64,000 nt of DNA, taken from the NCBI RefSeq assembly GCF_001194135.2, contig NC_068986.1, forward strand, positions 22,570,980 to 22,634,979, given 5' to 3'. Below are positions 37,827 through 49,770 of the stretch, in pieces (the stretch's first letter is position 1; the number at the start of each line of letters is the position of its first letter). Under the pieces are notes generated by a model that had not been told where the DNA came from, ran no database searches, and was given only the letters and a program-made list of their open reading frames with translations. This DNA is from Octopus bimaculoides. Lineage: Eukaryota. The translations under genes and the position numbers were made by a program.

Positions 37827-39376
37827 TTACTATTTTCTTGCCTTGACTTCCCATGATAGTTGTAAATGAATTTCACCTCTATGCAAGCAGTGTCCTGCAT
37901 TTCCAATCTTCTGCAAAAATATGTTTGGTGATGGGAGAAATATTACTTTACTTGGAAACAGGTAAGGGTTGGTGACAGGAATAATAAACCGCAATATGGT
38001 GAGGGATTACTGTATATATCTTTGTCAAGGCTGAGGAGGATTTGATGGTGGACATGATTTGAGTTTACTTAGCAATAAATCCTTTTTTAAGGCTTATCTC
38101 AGCCCTTTTTAGTTAGTGCAAAACCATGTGTGTGGCTGTGGCACAAAACTACAGAGGTAAAATTTATAGTTTTTCATCAGAACAATTTGAATTTTTGTGT
38201 GAACCAACTAAATCAATCTAGGTCCATCTCTGCGCTCTCAAAGAGAGAGTTCAAGGAAAGTGAGTTGTCAGTTTTGTAGCTTTATTTTCATTTCTTGCTG
38301 GCCAGGAATTGAAGATGTTTTATATTATTGGCTACCAACTCCTAAACCATTGATCTTCTCAACTGCTATATTCCAACAAAAGATGGAATGAAATAGCAGA
38401 AGAAAAATTTTAATTTATCTTCTATACTGATACTGTTATTGTTGGAGGCTTTTATATTTTATGAATGTCTTTGTTGTAGTATAAATACACTTAAGGCTAT
38501 CTTCTTTTTCACAGTCTTTGGCTGGCATTTTTCATTTGATTCAATCTTCCTATTGTCACCTTCATAAAGTGACTGTTCTTATTTCATAGAAGTTGATTAA
38601 ATCAACTTCTTCATGTAAAGTTGCTGTGAGCAAAATTTGTTGGATGAACATGACATGAAAATAGAATTAGCAGAATGAAGGATTTGTTGATGTATAGACA
38701 TCGGTTGGAAAGAGTTATGAAGCAATATTTTGATAGATGAAAAATGTGTAGCAGGAGGGTAAAGTACCAATTTCTATTTTGATTGGAAACAAACTGAAAT
38801 TTACTTTGTGAATGATATGCGCAGATTGGGAGTAAATCAATATGGTGAGAACTTTATATTTTTAGATATAGATTGTAGCTTTAAGAATTGTTTTCATTTG
38901 AAATCAATGTTTAATGCTCACATATTCACATTCACAAACACACATATTCTTTGTAAAAAATATTGAGACAGTATGTTCATATACTCTCATAAAATAGCTT
39001 TACTAATTAATGTACATTAATTTGCTTGACTGCAAAGAAAATGGTCTGTATCAAACCCATCGTCATTGAAAAATAAAAATTAAAAAAAAAGTTTGTTTAG
39101 GTATTGGTTGAGATCTAAATTTGATACTTATTTCAAGAAGCTCGTTTTTACACAGAAATATTTTGTTGAAATGATTTGCTGTAAATTGATTATTTAAGCA
39201 AATTTTTCGTGTACTAGTATAGTCTCTGAAGTTGATTCTATTTTTGAGATTAATTCTGTTAAATGCATCTCATTTCTATAAATTCATTACGTTAGAATAT
39301 GAAAATTGAGAGTTTGAAATTTACAAGGTAAAAGTTTAACTTAATCTGCTGATAAAGGTAACTTTTAATAATATTA

Positions 39377-39747
39377 GTTGGCACTCCATCACTTACGACG
39401 AGGGTTCCAGTTGATCCGATCAACGGAACAGCCTGCTCGTGAAATTAACGTGCAAGTGGCTGAGCACTCCACAGACACGTGTACCCTTAACGTAGTTCTC
39501 GGGGATATTCAGTGTGACAGTGTGACAAGGCTGACCATTTGAATTACAGGCACAACAGAAACAGGAAGTAAGAGTGAGAGAAAGTTGTGGTGAAAGAGTA
39601 CAGCAGGGTTCGCTACCATCCTCTGCCAGAGCCTCGTGGAGCTTTAGGTGTTTTCATGCAATAAACACTCACAACGCCCGGTCTGGGAATCGAAATCTTA
39701 TGACCGTGAGTCCGCTGCCCTAACCACTGGGCCATTGCGCTTCCACC
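39377..39747 (-). mobile_element. tRNA-derived SINE family B, young, with 13-bp TSD
   Basis: Minus head GTGGAAGCGCAATGGCCCAGTGGTTAGGGCAGCGGACTC...TTCGATTCCCAG; TSD tttaataatatta at 39364-39376 and 39748-39760; CpG-rich. Confidence 0.9.
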
Positions 39748-40843
39748 TTTAATAATATTAACATGTTTATATAATTAGCACAATCATAAAAATTTAACCA
39801 TTATTAAAAGTGAGTAACAGTTTAAGATTATTTCAGATAATTTCAGCTAGTAATTCTTTACTATTTTGGTTAGGATGTTTGAAACAATTGAATATACAAA
39901 ATTATTTTCTTAAATTATTAAGCTTTGCTTCCATTCAGTTGGAATAATACATTATAGTTATTCACTGAATTCAAATTGACTCATTTAACTTACATTCTAC
40001 AGAATTGTGTTTGAAATAAGGTTTTGACTTTGAGGAGTACAGGCAGGATAGAAGCTAAGTTGTTTATAATATGACATTTTCTATCAAGTTGTTACAAACT
40101 TAGAGTCGAATAAAAATGGGTTTTTTTTCAGTAGCTTCTCATGTACTCATTCCAGGAAGAGGGAATAGCTGTTATTACAATATGTGTGTGTATGTATGAG
40201 TGTATATATATATTTCATATAACAGTGTCCACATGCTATCTCCTTGTTAAAATAAATAAATAAATAAATAAATAAATAAAGGCATCGGCTTATTGTAATC
40301 CAATCTTCTGACTTGCTTTTATGGGAGTTCTTTAGATACTAGCAACAGCTATCAGATGCCATGTGACTGTTATGTGGAATATTTTGCTTACTTTTGGCAA
40401 ATTTTCTGAGAATGTTATTAAAAAAAATGATGTATATTTTTGTGTGATTATAACTCGCACTTTGGGTCTTTTTTCAATGTTTTCTTGAACTGCATGTCAG
40501 TGGCTGGAAATTTCTATTTTGACATACATATTTGTAATTGTGTTATAATATAGTCATTTATTCATTAATAACACATATGTTGTTATATTCACTTCTATAT
40601 TTTATTATTGTCATAAAATATTAAGCATCAAACTCTTTCATCATATGTCTACAACCTAGTCACTGATCTTCTATTTTACTGCTTCTGTTAGAAGACTGTT
40701 ATGTTGATTATTTTGCTTGCTTTTGGCAAATTTTCCTAGAATGTTATGTATATGATATATTTTTGTTTTTGCGTGATTTATAATCACTTTGATTCAGTTT
40801 TAAATGTTGGCCAGTCTTTATAAACTGTGGTGTTAATAGTTCC

Positions 40844-41222
40844 TTTATTACTTCTGCTTTAGCAAAAGTGGAGGTATTGTTTTCAGTTGTGTTTTTTTTT
40901 GTTTGTCCATGGACAAAGATATCTCAAGAACCTCTGGATGGATTCAGATGAAACTTACAGGGATGTTTGGCCTCGTGACTGGCATGAACTGATTAGATTT
41001 TGGGATCGATCCGGTTCTGGACAAGGATTCTGGATTTTTTTTTTTTTACTTAATTTTTGAGAATGGTCATGTTCATTTTTAGTATTCCCATTTGTGAGAA
41101 CATTCCTTTTTTTGTGAGAGTTTATTTCAGATATTTTCATTCTAAAAATCATCTCCGGCTAATCGTTGAGAGGACATTGGTGTTGCCTTGGCGTAGGTTT
41201 GCACTCTCTGAGTGCTCCTGTT
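40844..41222 (+). mobile_element. Helentron-associated non-autonomous element (HINE/DINE-1-like)
   Basis: 5-prime attacttctgc / 3-prime gcgtaggttt imperfect subterminal inverted repeat, 3-prime hairpin gcactc-tct-gagtgc, T-rich flanks. Confidence 0.7.
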
Positions 41223-41436
41223 ATTATTATATCTACGTCTTACTCTATTATGTTACTGTTTGTTGTAATATCATACAATTTTCTACTCAAGAAAGATGAA
41301 ACTCTGAAATGGAATGACAAGTTCACTTTAGCAGAATTTGAACTCAGATCATAAAGTTGTAAACTAAACACTGTAACACATTTAACTAGTCACTCTTACT
41401 GTTTCAGCCACTCACCTATTTTCCTAACATCAATTA

Positions 41437-41566
41437 TTTCTGATTTAGGCACATGGCCAGTAGTTTTTGATGGATGAAGGCTCCAATACTTGACTGGTAC
41501 TTTATTTTTATTGAGCTTGGAGGGATGAAAGACAAAGTTGACTTTGACAAGATTTGAACTTGGAAC
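41437..41566 (-). mobile_element. SINE family C, diverged
   Basis: aggcacatggccag...tacttgactggtactttattttt...gggatgaaagacaaagttgac...gatttgaact. Confidence 0.6.
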
Positions 41567-42904
41567 AAAACAACAAAAGTATATTTTCTGAGTAGATGTT
41601 ACTTTGTTGTGAAATAATAGGAAAAATGGTCACTGTCGAAAAGCACTCTATTCATTGAGAATTAAACTTGTATCCAAATTGGATGTAAATGGAATGAATT
41701 ATTAAGTAGATCTGTCTGGCAGTGTTAGTAGGTTAATAACCATTGCACGTAACAAGACGTTAATACTTAGACTAAGAGGTGTGAGTGTTCGTTTTCTTCT
41801 TGTAATGCTTTGGCATGATTGCTTCTTTTTTTTTTTTTTTTTTTTTTTCACTTTGTTCAGTTCTCAGTCCTTTCGCTAATTCCATTCATTTTTGAGTAGT
41901 TGTACTCAAAGATTTCTTTGCACTTTTTCTGCTGTAGTTATTGCCAACAGCTGCCAACTGTTCATTTGATATTTTTGTTTCAAATTGAAGTAATGTAAAC
42001 GTCTTCAAATCTTTATGTAGGTGCTCTAAATACAAATAAATAATGACAAATAAATAAATGAATAAATATCCTCTCCCCCTCCTCATCCTTAAGAAAACAT
42101 GCAATGCTTTCAGTTTGCCCATCCATTCAACAAATGCTATCATGGGATCTGATAATCTTTTCTCTACTCAACAGGAATATTTATACATAATAATTAGAAG
42201 ATAGTGATAGGAAAGACAGCACTTCATATCATGAAACACTTTAAGGATGAGTTGAATGGATAAACAATTTATGTTCATTCTTTGCAAAGCTTTCAAAACC
42301 ATTAATGCAATTGTAGAAAATACAAAAATGTTCTTTAAAAGGAATTTTTGATTGCTTGATTCTTGATTTCCATATAAATTATTCTCCTTTATTATAAGAG
42401 TGAAAAAAAGGCAGAGAACTAGCAGTGGAGTGAAAGGAAAGAATCAAGTACAATTTGTTTGATGTGCAGCATGAACTTGATCGTAAGCAAGCTCGAAAGT
42501 GAAATGAGTTTGGATTCTTTGGATGTTGTTTCTTGAGTCAGATCTTAGATACAGATAAATGGTGAGTTTCTTCTCTCAAAAAGCTAAATTAATTTCAGTA
42601 TAGAAAAGCATATTCTAAGTCAATGAATGATAATGATCAATTAACAGGGGAAAGTTAAATAGATAATGAGTGCGATAAACTTAATCTGTAACTGATTTAA
42701 TTTGCAATTTTAGCTGTTTCTCTTATGACAATAATTCTTCTGAAGAAAACATGTTGTGATGTCACGACATTTCATTTCCTTTCTTTTCTAAATTAGAGTG
42801 TTCATGTATTCTTTCGATTCTTTTATTGGTTTATCATATTTGTTAATTTGTCAGTACTAATCTAAACACAAACACTGACTCCCTCTTTTTTTCATGCACA
42901 CACA

Positions 42905-43047
42905 CACAAAAGTGTCTGAACAGTTTCTGTTCATCAAATTCCACTTCCAAGAGATCAGTCAACAGGACTATTATCCAAGGTGTCACATGGTGGGATTGAA
43001 ACAGGGACCACATGGTTGTGAAGCAAACTTCATAACTGCACTGCCAT

Positions 43048-43050
<3 letters not shown>
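42905..43050 (-). mobile_element. SINE family A, old 5-prime part, followed by (TG)n
   Basis: ccaaggtgtcacatggtgggattgaaacagggaccacatggttgtgaagcaaacttcataac. Confidence 0.6.
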
Positions 43051-43093
<43 letters not shown>

Positions 43094-43139
43094 TCCAGTT
43101 TTAGAATAGGTACAGTGTGCCCCTGCAAATAGGCGGTAA

Positions 43140-43369
43140 TTAACCCTTACATTATTGTATTTATTTTGAGATGCTCTGTGTTTCTTTCAATTAATTTTAA
43201 ATATAACAAAGAATTTAGTAAAATAACTTAGTTACTATTCAGCTAGTGTTAGGAATATAAATTCTGACTAAGGTTTGGTGGAAGATTTTAATTCAGAACT
43301 TTTGAAAACAAGGCATTTGTATTACAGAGCCAGAGGCTGTTTCAGCCGGGTTGGTATCAAAAGGGTTAA
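43140..43369. mobile_element. TTAA-flanked MITE, family M2 (inverted relative to 28699 and 54840)
   Basis: TTAACCCTT ... ttggtatcaaaAGGGTTAA. Confidence 0.88.
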
Positions 43370-44176
43370 AATGGTTAGCATCATAAAAAGTATCCAACCC
43401 ATGCTGGCATGTAAGGAAGATGCCACCCACAAACTGTATAATTTCATCCTATTCACTTTGCTCACCCAGCTGTTATTTTATGTGGTATTATGTAATATAG
43501 AGATTATAATTGATTAATCTTTGCCAGCAGTGATTTGACATTTGTTGAATTTATCATTGTCTGAGAAGTAGTATTTGTTATGTGTTAAGCTTAACCTGCT
43601 CTTTAAACTCATCAAATACTTTGAGAAATTGAACTACCATGCAGGCATTATAACCAGAAATTGTAACACTATGATAATGTCATGAGTCTTTTCAAGTGGA
43701 TTTTTCTTATTATTATTTTGGTAACATATAGGCTCAAAGAAAAAGTAGTTTTATTGTCTTACATTTCGGATTCGAAATTTTATTAACTTGTTTATTGGAG
43801 TAGAAATTTTAAGTGTTTTACTCACCTTGTCATTAAAAGATTTACTCTCAGTGAAATCTCTGTTTATTGTCATTTATGAGCTTGAGATGTAACGGTTTGT
43901 ACAAATTTACTTTGTGTTTTTTTCTACTTTTTTTTTTATGGCCCTGCGTTATTTAAAACATTAACTTCAATCCAAAGAACTTCAGGTTCTGAATTTTTTT
44001 ATATGCTATATTGTCAAAATCTATAAGCTATATTCTTTAGTCATTGAGAGTACAATTGCTCTTTTCGAACCTTAGAGAGTTAAACTATTATGGTTAAAAT
44101 ATTGGTAAAATAATACTATTTCCATACTATCCTTGTAGTTTGTATTGTATTTATTTTCTGAAGATTTTTTGTTTGT

Positions 44177-44318
44177 AGGCGCAGGAGTGGCTGTGTGGTA
44201 AGAAGCTTCCTTCCCAACCACATGGTTCCAGGTTCAGTCTCATTGCGTGGGCAAGTGCTATAGCTATAGCCTCGGGCTGACCAAAGTCTTGAAACTGAAA
44301 GAAGACCGTCATGTATAG

Positions 44319-44350
<32 letters not shown>

Positions 44351-44550
44351 ATATAAGTGTGTCTGTGTTTGTCCCCTCTCTGCTTGACAACCGATGTTGG
44401 TGTGTTTATGTCCCCGTAACTTAGTTTGGCAAAGGAGGCTGACAGCCTAGGTACTAGGCTTCCAAAGAATAAGTCCTGGGGGTCGATTTGTATGACTAAA
44501 AGCAATGCTCCAGCATGATTGCATTCAAATGACTGAAAGAAGTAAAAGAA
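44177..44550 (+). mobile_element. SINE family A with internal deletions
   Basis: aggcgcaggagtggctgtgtggtaagaagc...ggttcagtctc; central (TATG)n; tail aaatgactgaaagaagtaaaag. Confidence 0.9.
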
Positions 44551-46631
44551 AAAAAATTAAAAAATGTTTAATATTATCCTAGCAAACAGCAGTGGGTCCA
44601 CTGCTGTATTGCTACTGAGATGGAACTAAAAAAAAATATCTACAAAATACCAGCTCTTCAGCTCTACCTATATGCAGTTAATTAGTTTGAAGGATGGCCA
44701 TCTTTTTGTAATTATTGGTAAAAATATAATAGTAAATAGGTATTATTTCTTTAGTGATGTCTTGATTTATGCCTATTCTCATTTATTTGTTATTGCGTCA
44801 GTTTAGAAAGTACCAAGTTTATTTACTACACTATGTTGTATTATTTTTTGCATTTGTTGTCGTTACTGTTTCATATAAGGGTAGAGATTGTTTTTATTTT
44901 TCTCATCTTCCTTTAGTTATTTTTCAATTATTCTTGTTTCTTTTTTTAATATTTTTTATGGAGAATAGAGATATTATTGTCATAGACTTATGGCCAGTAT
45001 ATCTACATGTAAATGAAGCAGATAGTTTTCCACCTTAATCTCTTTGATTAAACTTGTACAGTTTTCCCCTTTTAGCACACCCTGTGTCTTGATACTTGTA
45101 GCTGCCTTATGGGGGTGTAAATTGAATGTTATATTAATTTTGGTTTATTTTTGCTACTAATAGTTGCTCCTTCTACACACTCACACACATTCAAGTTTTA
45201 CTTCTGCTGTCAGAAGCATTAAGTAGTGTCTGCAACTGAAGTAATTGTACTGACAAAGCTGAGATGTGTATAAAATGACAGTTGTTGAATGAAAAATATC
45301 TGGAAGTAGTAGACAGTAGCAGGGTTGGCTGAAAAATATTTGAGACAAAGCAGACCTGCTTTTTAAGAAGTAAACTTACGCAAATGTTATGATTTTGCCA
45401 TGAACTTGGCAATACTATATGCCTGAGTTTATCTAATGAAAGAATATTTTTGTAAGAAACGCCTGCTAATTCTTGTGCTAAGCTTGTATTGTTTGTGAGA
45501 AGTGAATGTAACAGAACAAAGTATTTTAGATAATACTTGACATTTCAGTTTTTACTGTTTAATGGTGTGAATAAAGTTGGATGCCATTTCCATTTCATAG
45601 TTCTATATCTGAATTTGAAAATCAACTAACCTCGCTAATATTAAAAACAACTTTAAAACAACAACAATAAGATAGGAATAATTGAAAATAGTAAAATTGA
45701 AATTTGACAAATATAATTGGACAAAATGTGATAAGAGGATGGGATTTGTGATAAAATAGTGATTTTCTTTCATGAATTACAGCAGATAGGAAATGATAAT
45801 TGAAAGCAGAGCATTAAAAAAAATTGAAGGTGGTTTGAGTTCTCTTAGAATGAAGATTTTCTTTAAATTTGTCATTAAGATAAATTTAATATGGAAAATG
45901 TACGTGTTAGATTATTATCAAGTAAAGACAATGTTATTAGAAAGAAAATTTAGATTTGTTGTGATATTTAATTTGAAATGTTAAGGAGTGACAAAAATCA
46001 TAGTTGCTTGGTGTGAGATGTGGAACTATTTTATAACATGGAGTAACAGTGGTGTAACCAAATTCTGTTAGAAGAAAATGAATATACTAATCTGATAACA
46101 GGTGAGAAGTTGGTACTTATCTTTGAGGATAAAGCATGGCTATGTGGTTAATCCTAGTGATTGAAAGTGGAGAGGCAGAAACTGTATGGAAGCCTGTTGG
46201 TAACTTAATTCTTGACTGGTTTAATGCCACTATTTGTCCCATAGATGTTATATGTAGGGCCCACTCTGTTTCAAACATTCTGATTGAATTTTATCTCTGC
46301 ACCAACATGATGTCTTGATGTACTGGTTCTATGAGCCAGGGTTCCTTTTCCCATTTTTCCCCATTTAGTCCTTTGACAAAAGGTCTTTGTCACTGTCTCT
46401 CTTCAAATTTAGTCATAACAACAAAATAAATATCCTTTTAGGTTATAAGAACAATAAAATAGATATGATTGTTTTTTTAGAACAAAGGTTTATTCGGATC
46501 AGATTTTGTATTGGAATAGGGTTTTACTCCATTGTTGACGCTAATATAAATAACAGGCAACATTTTAAACTCCTCTGATGTATAACATTTTGGTGGTGTT
46601 TTTCCTCTCTTCAACTCTATTTCTTTTAAAG

Positions 46632-46655
46632 ATGAAAATATTGAGTCAACTTTCG
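46632..46655 (+). CDS. Candidate 24-nt symmetric microexon
   Basis: Long pyrimidine tract ttttcctctcttcaactctatttcttttaaag|ATGAAAATATTGAGTCAACTTTCG|gtatga; phase-1 reading (D)ENIESTF. Confidence 0.35.
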
Positions 46656-47173
46656 GTATGATTAGTTAACAATGACAGAATTAATTTATTAGCTGAATTA
46701 TTAAACTATTTACAGCATGGAAGACTCCTATTAACCATTCAAAGGCATGCAAAAACTGTTAACTTCACTTAAACAATTTTTATTTGATGTCAAATTCTAA
46801 CACTAAATAATAAATAAGTGAAGTTAATAGCTTTTGAATGGTTAATATGTGTTTTCCTTGCTGTAATTATTTTAGTGCCAACAAATGATCTCAGATCAAA
46901 TCACTTGCCAGACAAGTACATCTCCAAAATTAAATAATTTGCTAAGTGCATTTCAAACAATTTGTTTCTTTGTATTGTATTCTTTCTCCCAAGAAGAGAA
47001 GAAATTGATCTTTCTTTTCTGGTGGTGTCTTCTATTTTTCAATAATAGTCCGAAACTGAGTTACTTGAGAATTTTACTGATCATTGGAGTTTTAGTAATT
47101 ATCATTGACATTAATTTAGAATTTAAGTGGAAATGTAGTTTGTGATACTCTATATTCAATACATACCACTTTA

Positions 47174-47330
47174 CATCATCATCATTTACATGGCACCATC
47201 ACTGAAAGGTTACCAGGCAACTTGCAAGACAAAACTCCTCAGCTAGTATTGAAGCATGGATGACTTTGTGCCAGTTGAAAGATTAAAGGTATAGAGGGAC
47301 ATGCATAGGTATCTTGCTGTAGAGTAGATA
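47174..47330 (-). mobile_element. Family E, deleted derivative
   Basis: catcatcatcatttacatggcacc...aggttaccaggcaacttgcaagac...gcatggatgactttgtgccag. Confidence 0.5.
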
Positions 47331-48221
47331 CATAAATGCAGTATTAATTCTTTGGTTAATTATATCATAGTCTGAGGCTTTGAGCTCTTTGAATTTCATA
47401 TTATGTTTGATGAAAGATAGATTTTTTTTTTACATTAGATTTTTACCTTTTTTTTGTTAATTGTATTTAGGTTATTGTATTTATTTAAAACAGCAACAAC
47501 AATGAAAATAAATTTTAATAAAAGTTCATTGAGATTTTTGTTTTTTCTTCTTTTTAATAATGGTTTATATTTGTTCCGTGCTGTTATGACTTTGTGCAGT
47601 AAGTTTGAATAGTTTTTCGATAGTTGGCCCCTTGGTTTTGGCAGCTTGATGCTAACTGTTGAATTATGTTGTAGTGATAGTTTCTTTTCAGATATTCCAA
47701 GACAAAAATAGTTGTATCTTGCATTCCAATACTATTCAATAGCTGTGACTGGGTGAAAAATAATTATCTTGTAGTCACCTGCACTTTATGAAATAAGGGA
47801 AATGAGAGAAAACCCTTCGTTTCTATCTCTGTTATAAAATTCAGACATTTATAAACCACCCAAAAACCTGGGTCTGTGTGTATCACATAAGGCTAGAGAT
47901 GGGACCGATGACCTCCCTCGCAAATACTAATCGGACACAGACTGTGTGTTGTTGGCCAGCTGGAGATGTCTTCCTGGGGCTTAAAACAACAGTGAGACCA
48001 TCCTCTATAGGATCACTACATTTAGTTGGCAAATATATTTTATGGTTTGTGAAGTAGTTTGATGTTATTTGGAACATTGATTTAAAATTTTTTTTATCAT
48101 TATAAGATGCATAAGGAATAAATTACCTTTGCCAGCATGAATAAGATGATATTTATAAATTCAGATATTTACCCATTACTAGATGAAGATTTTATACAGC
48201 TTTCTTATGAGTTCCAAATTT

Positions 48222-48355
48222 TAGCACAGGGCCAGCAATTTCATAGAAGCGGGTAAGTTGAACTTGGCAGAGTTTGAACACAGAACATAAGGATGGATGA
48301 AATATTGCTAAGCATCTTGCCTGGCATGCTAACAATTCTGCCAGCTCGCCACCTT
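48222..48355 (-). mobile_element. SINE family C
   Basis: gagtttgaacacagaac...aaatattgctaagcatcttgcctggcatgctaacaattctgccagctcgccacctt. Confidence 0.75.
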
Positions 48356-48813
48356 CAGCTTTCTTAATATTAATCACCTGAAATTGAACAAAGGTTGGTA
48401 TCTCTCTGATAATTAGGCAAACTGCAACAAACAGTATAATCTACCTTTCACAAGTACTAAACACAGTGCTTCTTGCAAGGCTAGAACTTATGACATGTAA
48501 TCAGTAACATAACACCTTAATTTCAGAGTCCAAGTTCTGAATTAAGGGAGTTTGTGTTTTCAGTCAAACATTCTACAAATTCTTGCTTCATGTCTGCTTT
48601 CTCTTGTTTTCAGTCTACTTTTTTTATAAGTAGTTTGACATACAGATATCAGTGTGAGACCTATCAACCAAAATTCATTTGTGTTGAAAATTTGTGTCAG
48701 TCTCAACTGTCATTTTTTTTTTTTAAACTATGGAATTGATTTATCAGATTTTTATAAACATAATCTTCATAGCGTAATGTATCTTCTAAGCTGATTGATT
48801 CTGTGTTTATACA

Positions 48814-49273
48814 NNNNNNNNNNNNNNNNNNNNNNNNNNNNNNNNNNNNNNNNNNNNNNNNNNNNNNNNNNNNNNNNNNNNNNNNNNNNNNNNNNNNNNN
48901 NNNNNNNNNNNNNNNNNNNNNNNNNNNNNNNNNNNNNNNNNNNNNNNNNNNNNNNNNNNNNNNNNNNNNNNNNNNNNNNNNNNNNNNNNNNNNNNNNNNN
49001 NNNNNNNNNNNNNNNNNNNNNNNNNNNNNNNNNNNNNNNNNNNNNNNNNNNNNNNNNNNNNNNNNNNNNNNNNNNNNNNNNNNNNNNNNNNNNNNNNNNN
49101 NNNNNNNNNNNNNNNNNNNNNNNNNNNNNNNNNNNNNNNNNNNNNNNNNNNNNNNNNNNNNNNNNNNNNNNNNNNNNNNNNNNNNNNNNNNNNNNNNNNN
49201 NNNNNNNNNNNNNNNNNNNNNNNNNNNNNNNNNNNNNNNNNNNNNNNNNNNNNNNNNNNNNNNNNNNNNNNNN
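48814..49273. other. Assembly gap
   Basis: N-run. Confidence 0.95.
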
Positions 49274-49279
49274 ATATAT

Positions 49280-49770
49280 GAGCCATAATGCAAGCCATAG
49301 TAAAAACTTGTTTAATAACCTATGCACATTTCAATGCAATATCCCGACTTACTCTTGTCTGAGATAAGAATATGGGGTCTTGCATCTCTTCAGGGTCAAG
49401 TTTCATTAATTCACAGCAGACAGCAAACAGCAGACAACATTAATAGTTATCTTTAAATTACATGTGTATAAACAGGTTGTAATGATATGAACATATTGAA
49501 ACTGCTTACAATATCTCAATGGGTGGCAGGATTTGAGTACTGTGCCCTTGAGTATGGAAAAGGTAAGACTAAGGTTGTCAATCTGGACTTTTTCAAGGAG
49601 CACAAAGATGAAAATCTTTGCTGTGTTCAAAAAACACCTGTAAGAGCAGAGCAGTCAAGTGTCATTTTGCATACAAGAAATGGGGGAAGTGTTGCTCATG
49701 ACAGAACAACCTGGAGATTGGTAATCAATGGGGATGTCATGTTATGGAGCAAGAGACAAAAGCAGCTCTC
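49280..49770 (+). mobile_element. Old RTE-clade LINE 3-prime remnant
   Basis: YCALEYGKGKTK resembles YGELxxGKR; VAHDRTTWR resembles the RTE AxDRxxWR terminal motif. Confidence 0.45.

Noticed and set aside
37965-37975. Strong donor aacag|gtaagg
   Set aside because: It lies within a dispersed-repeat-like block, with no credible upstream exon.
38765-38853. Protein-like frame STNFYFDWKQTEIYFVNDMRRLGVNQY with donor gtgaga
   Set aside because: No usable acceptor downstream of the in-frame TAA.
49473-49559. 87-nt symmetric exon-like frame GCNDMNILKLLTISQWVAGFEYCALEYGK with donor gtaaga
   Set aside because: Weak acceptor, and the frame continues into RTE-like C-terminal motifs, so it is more likely a LINE remnant.
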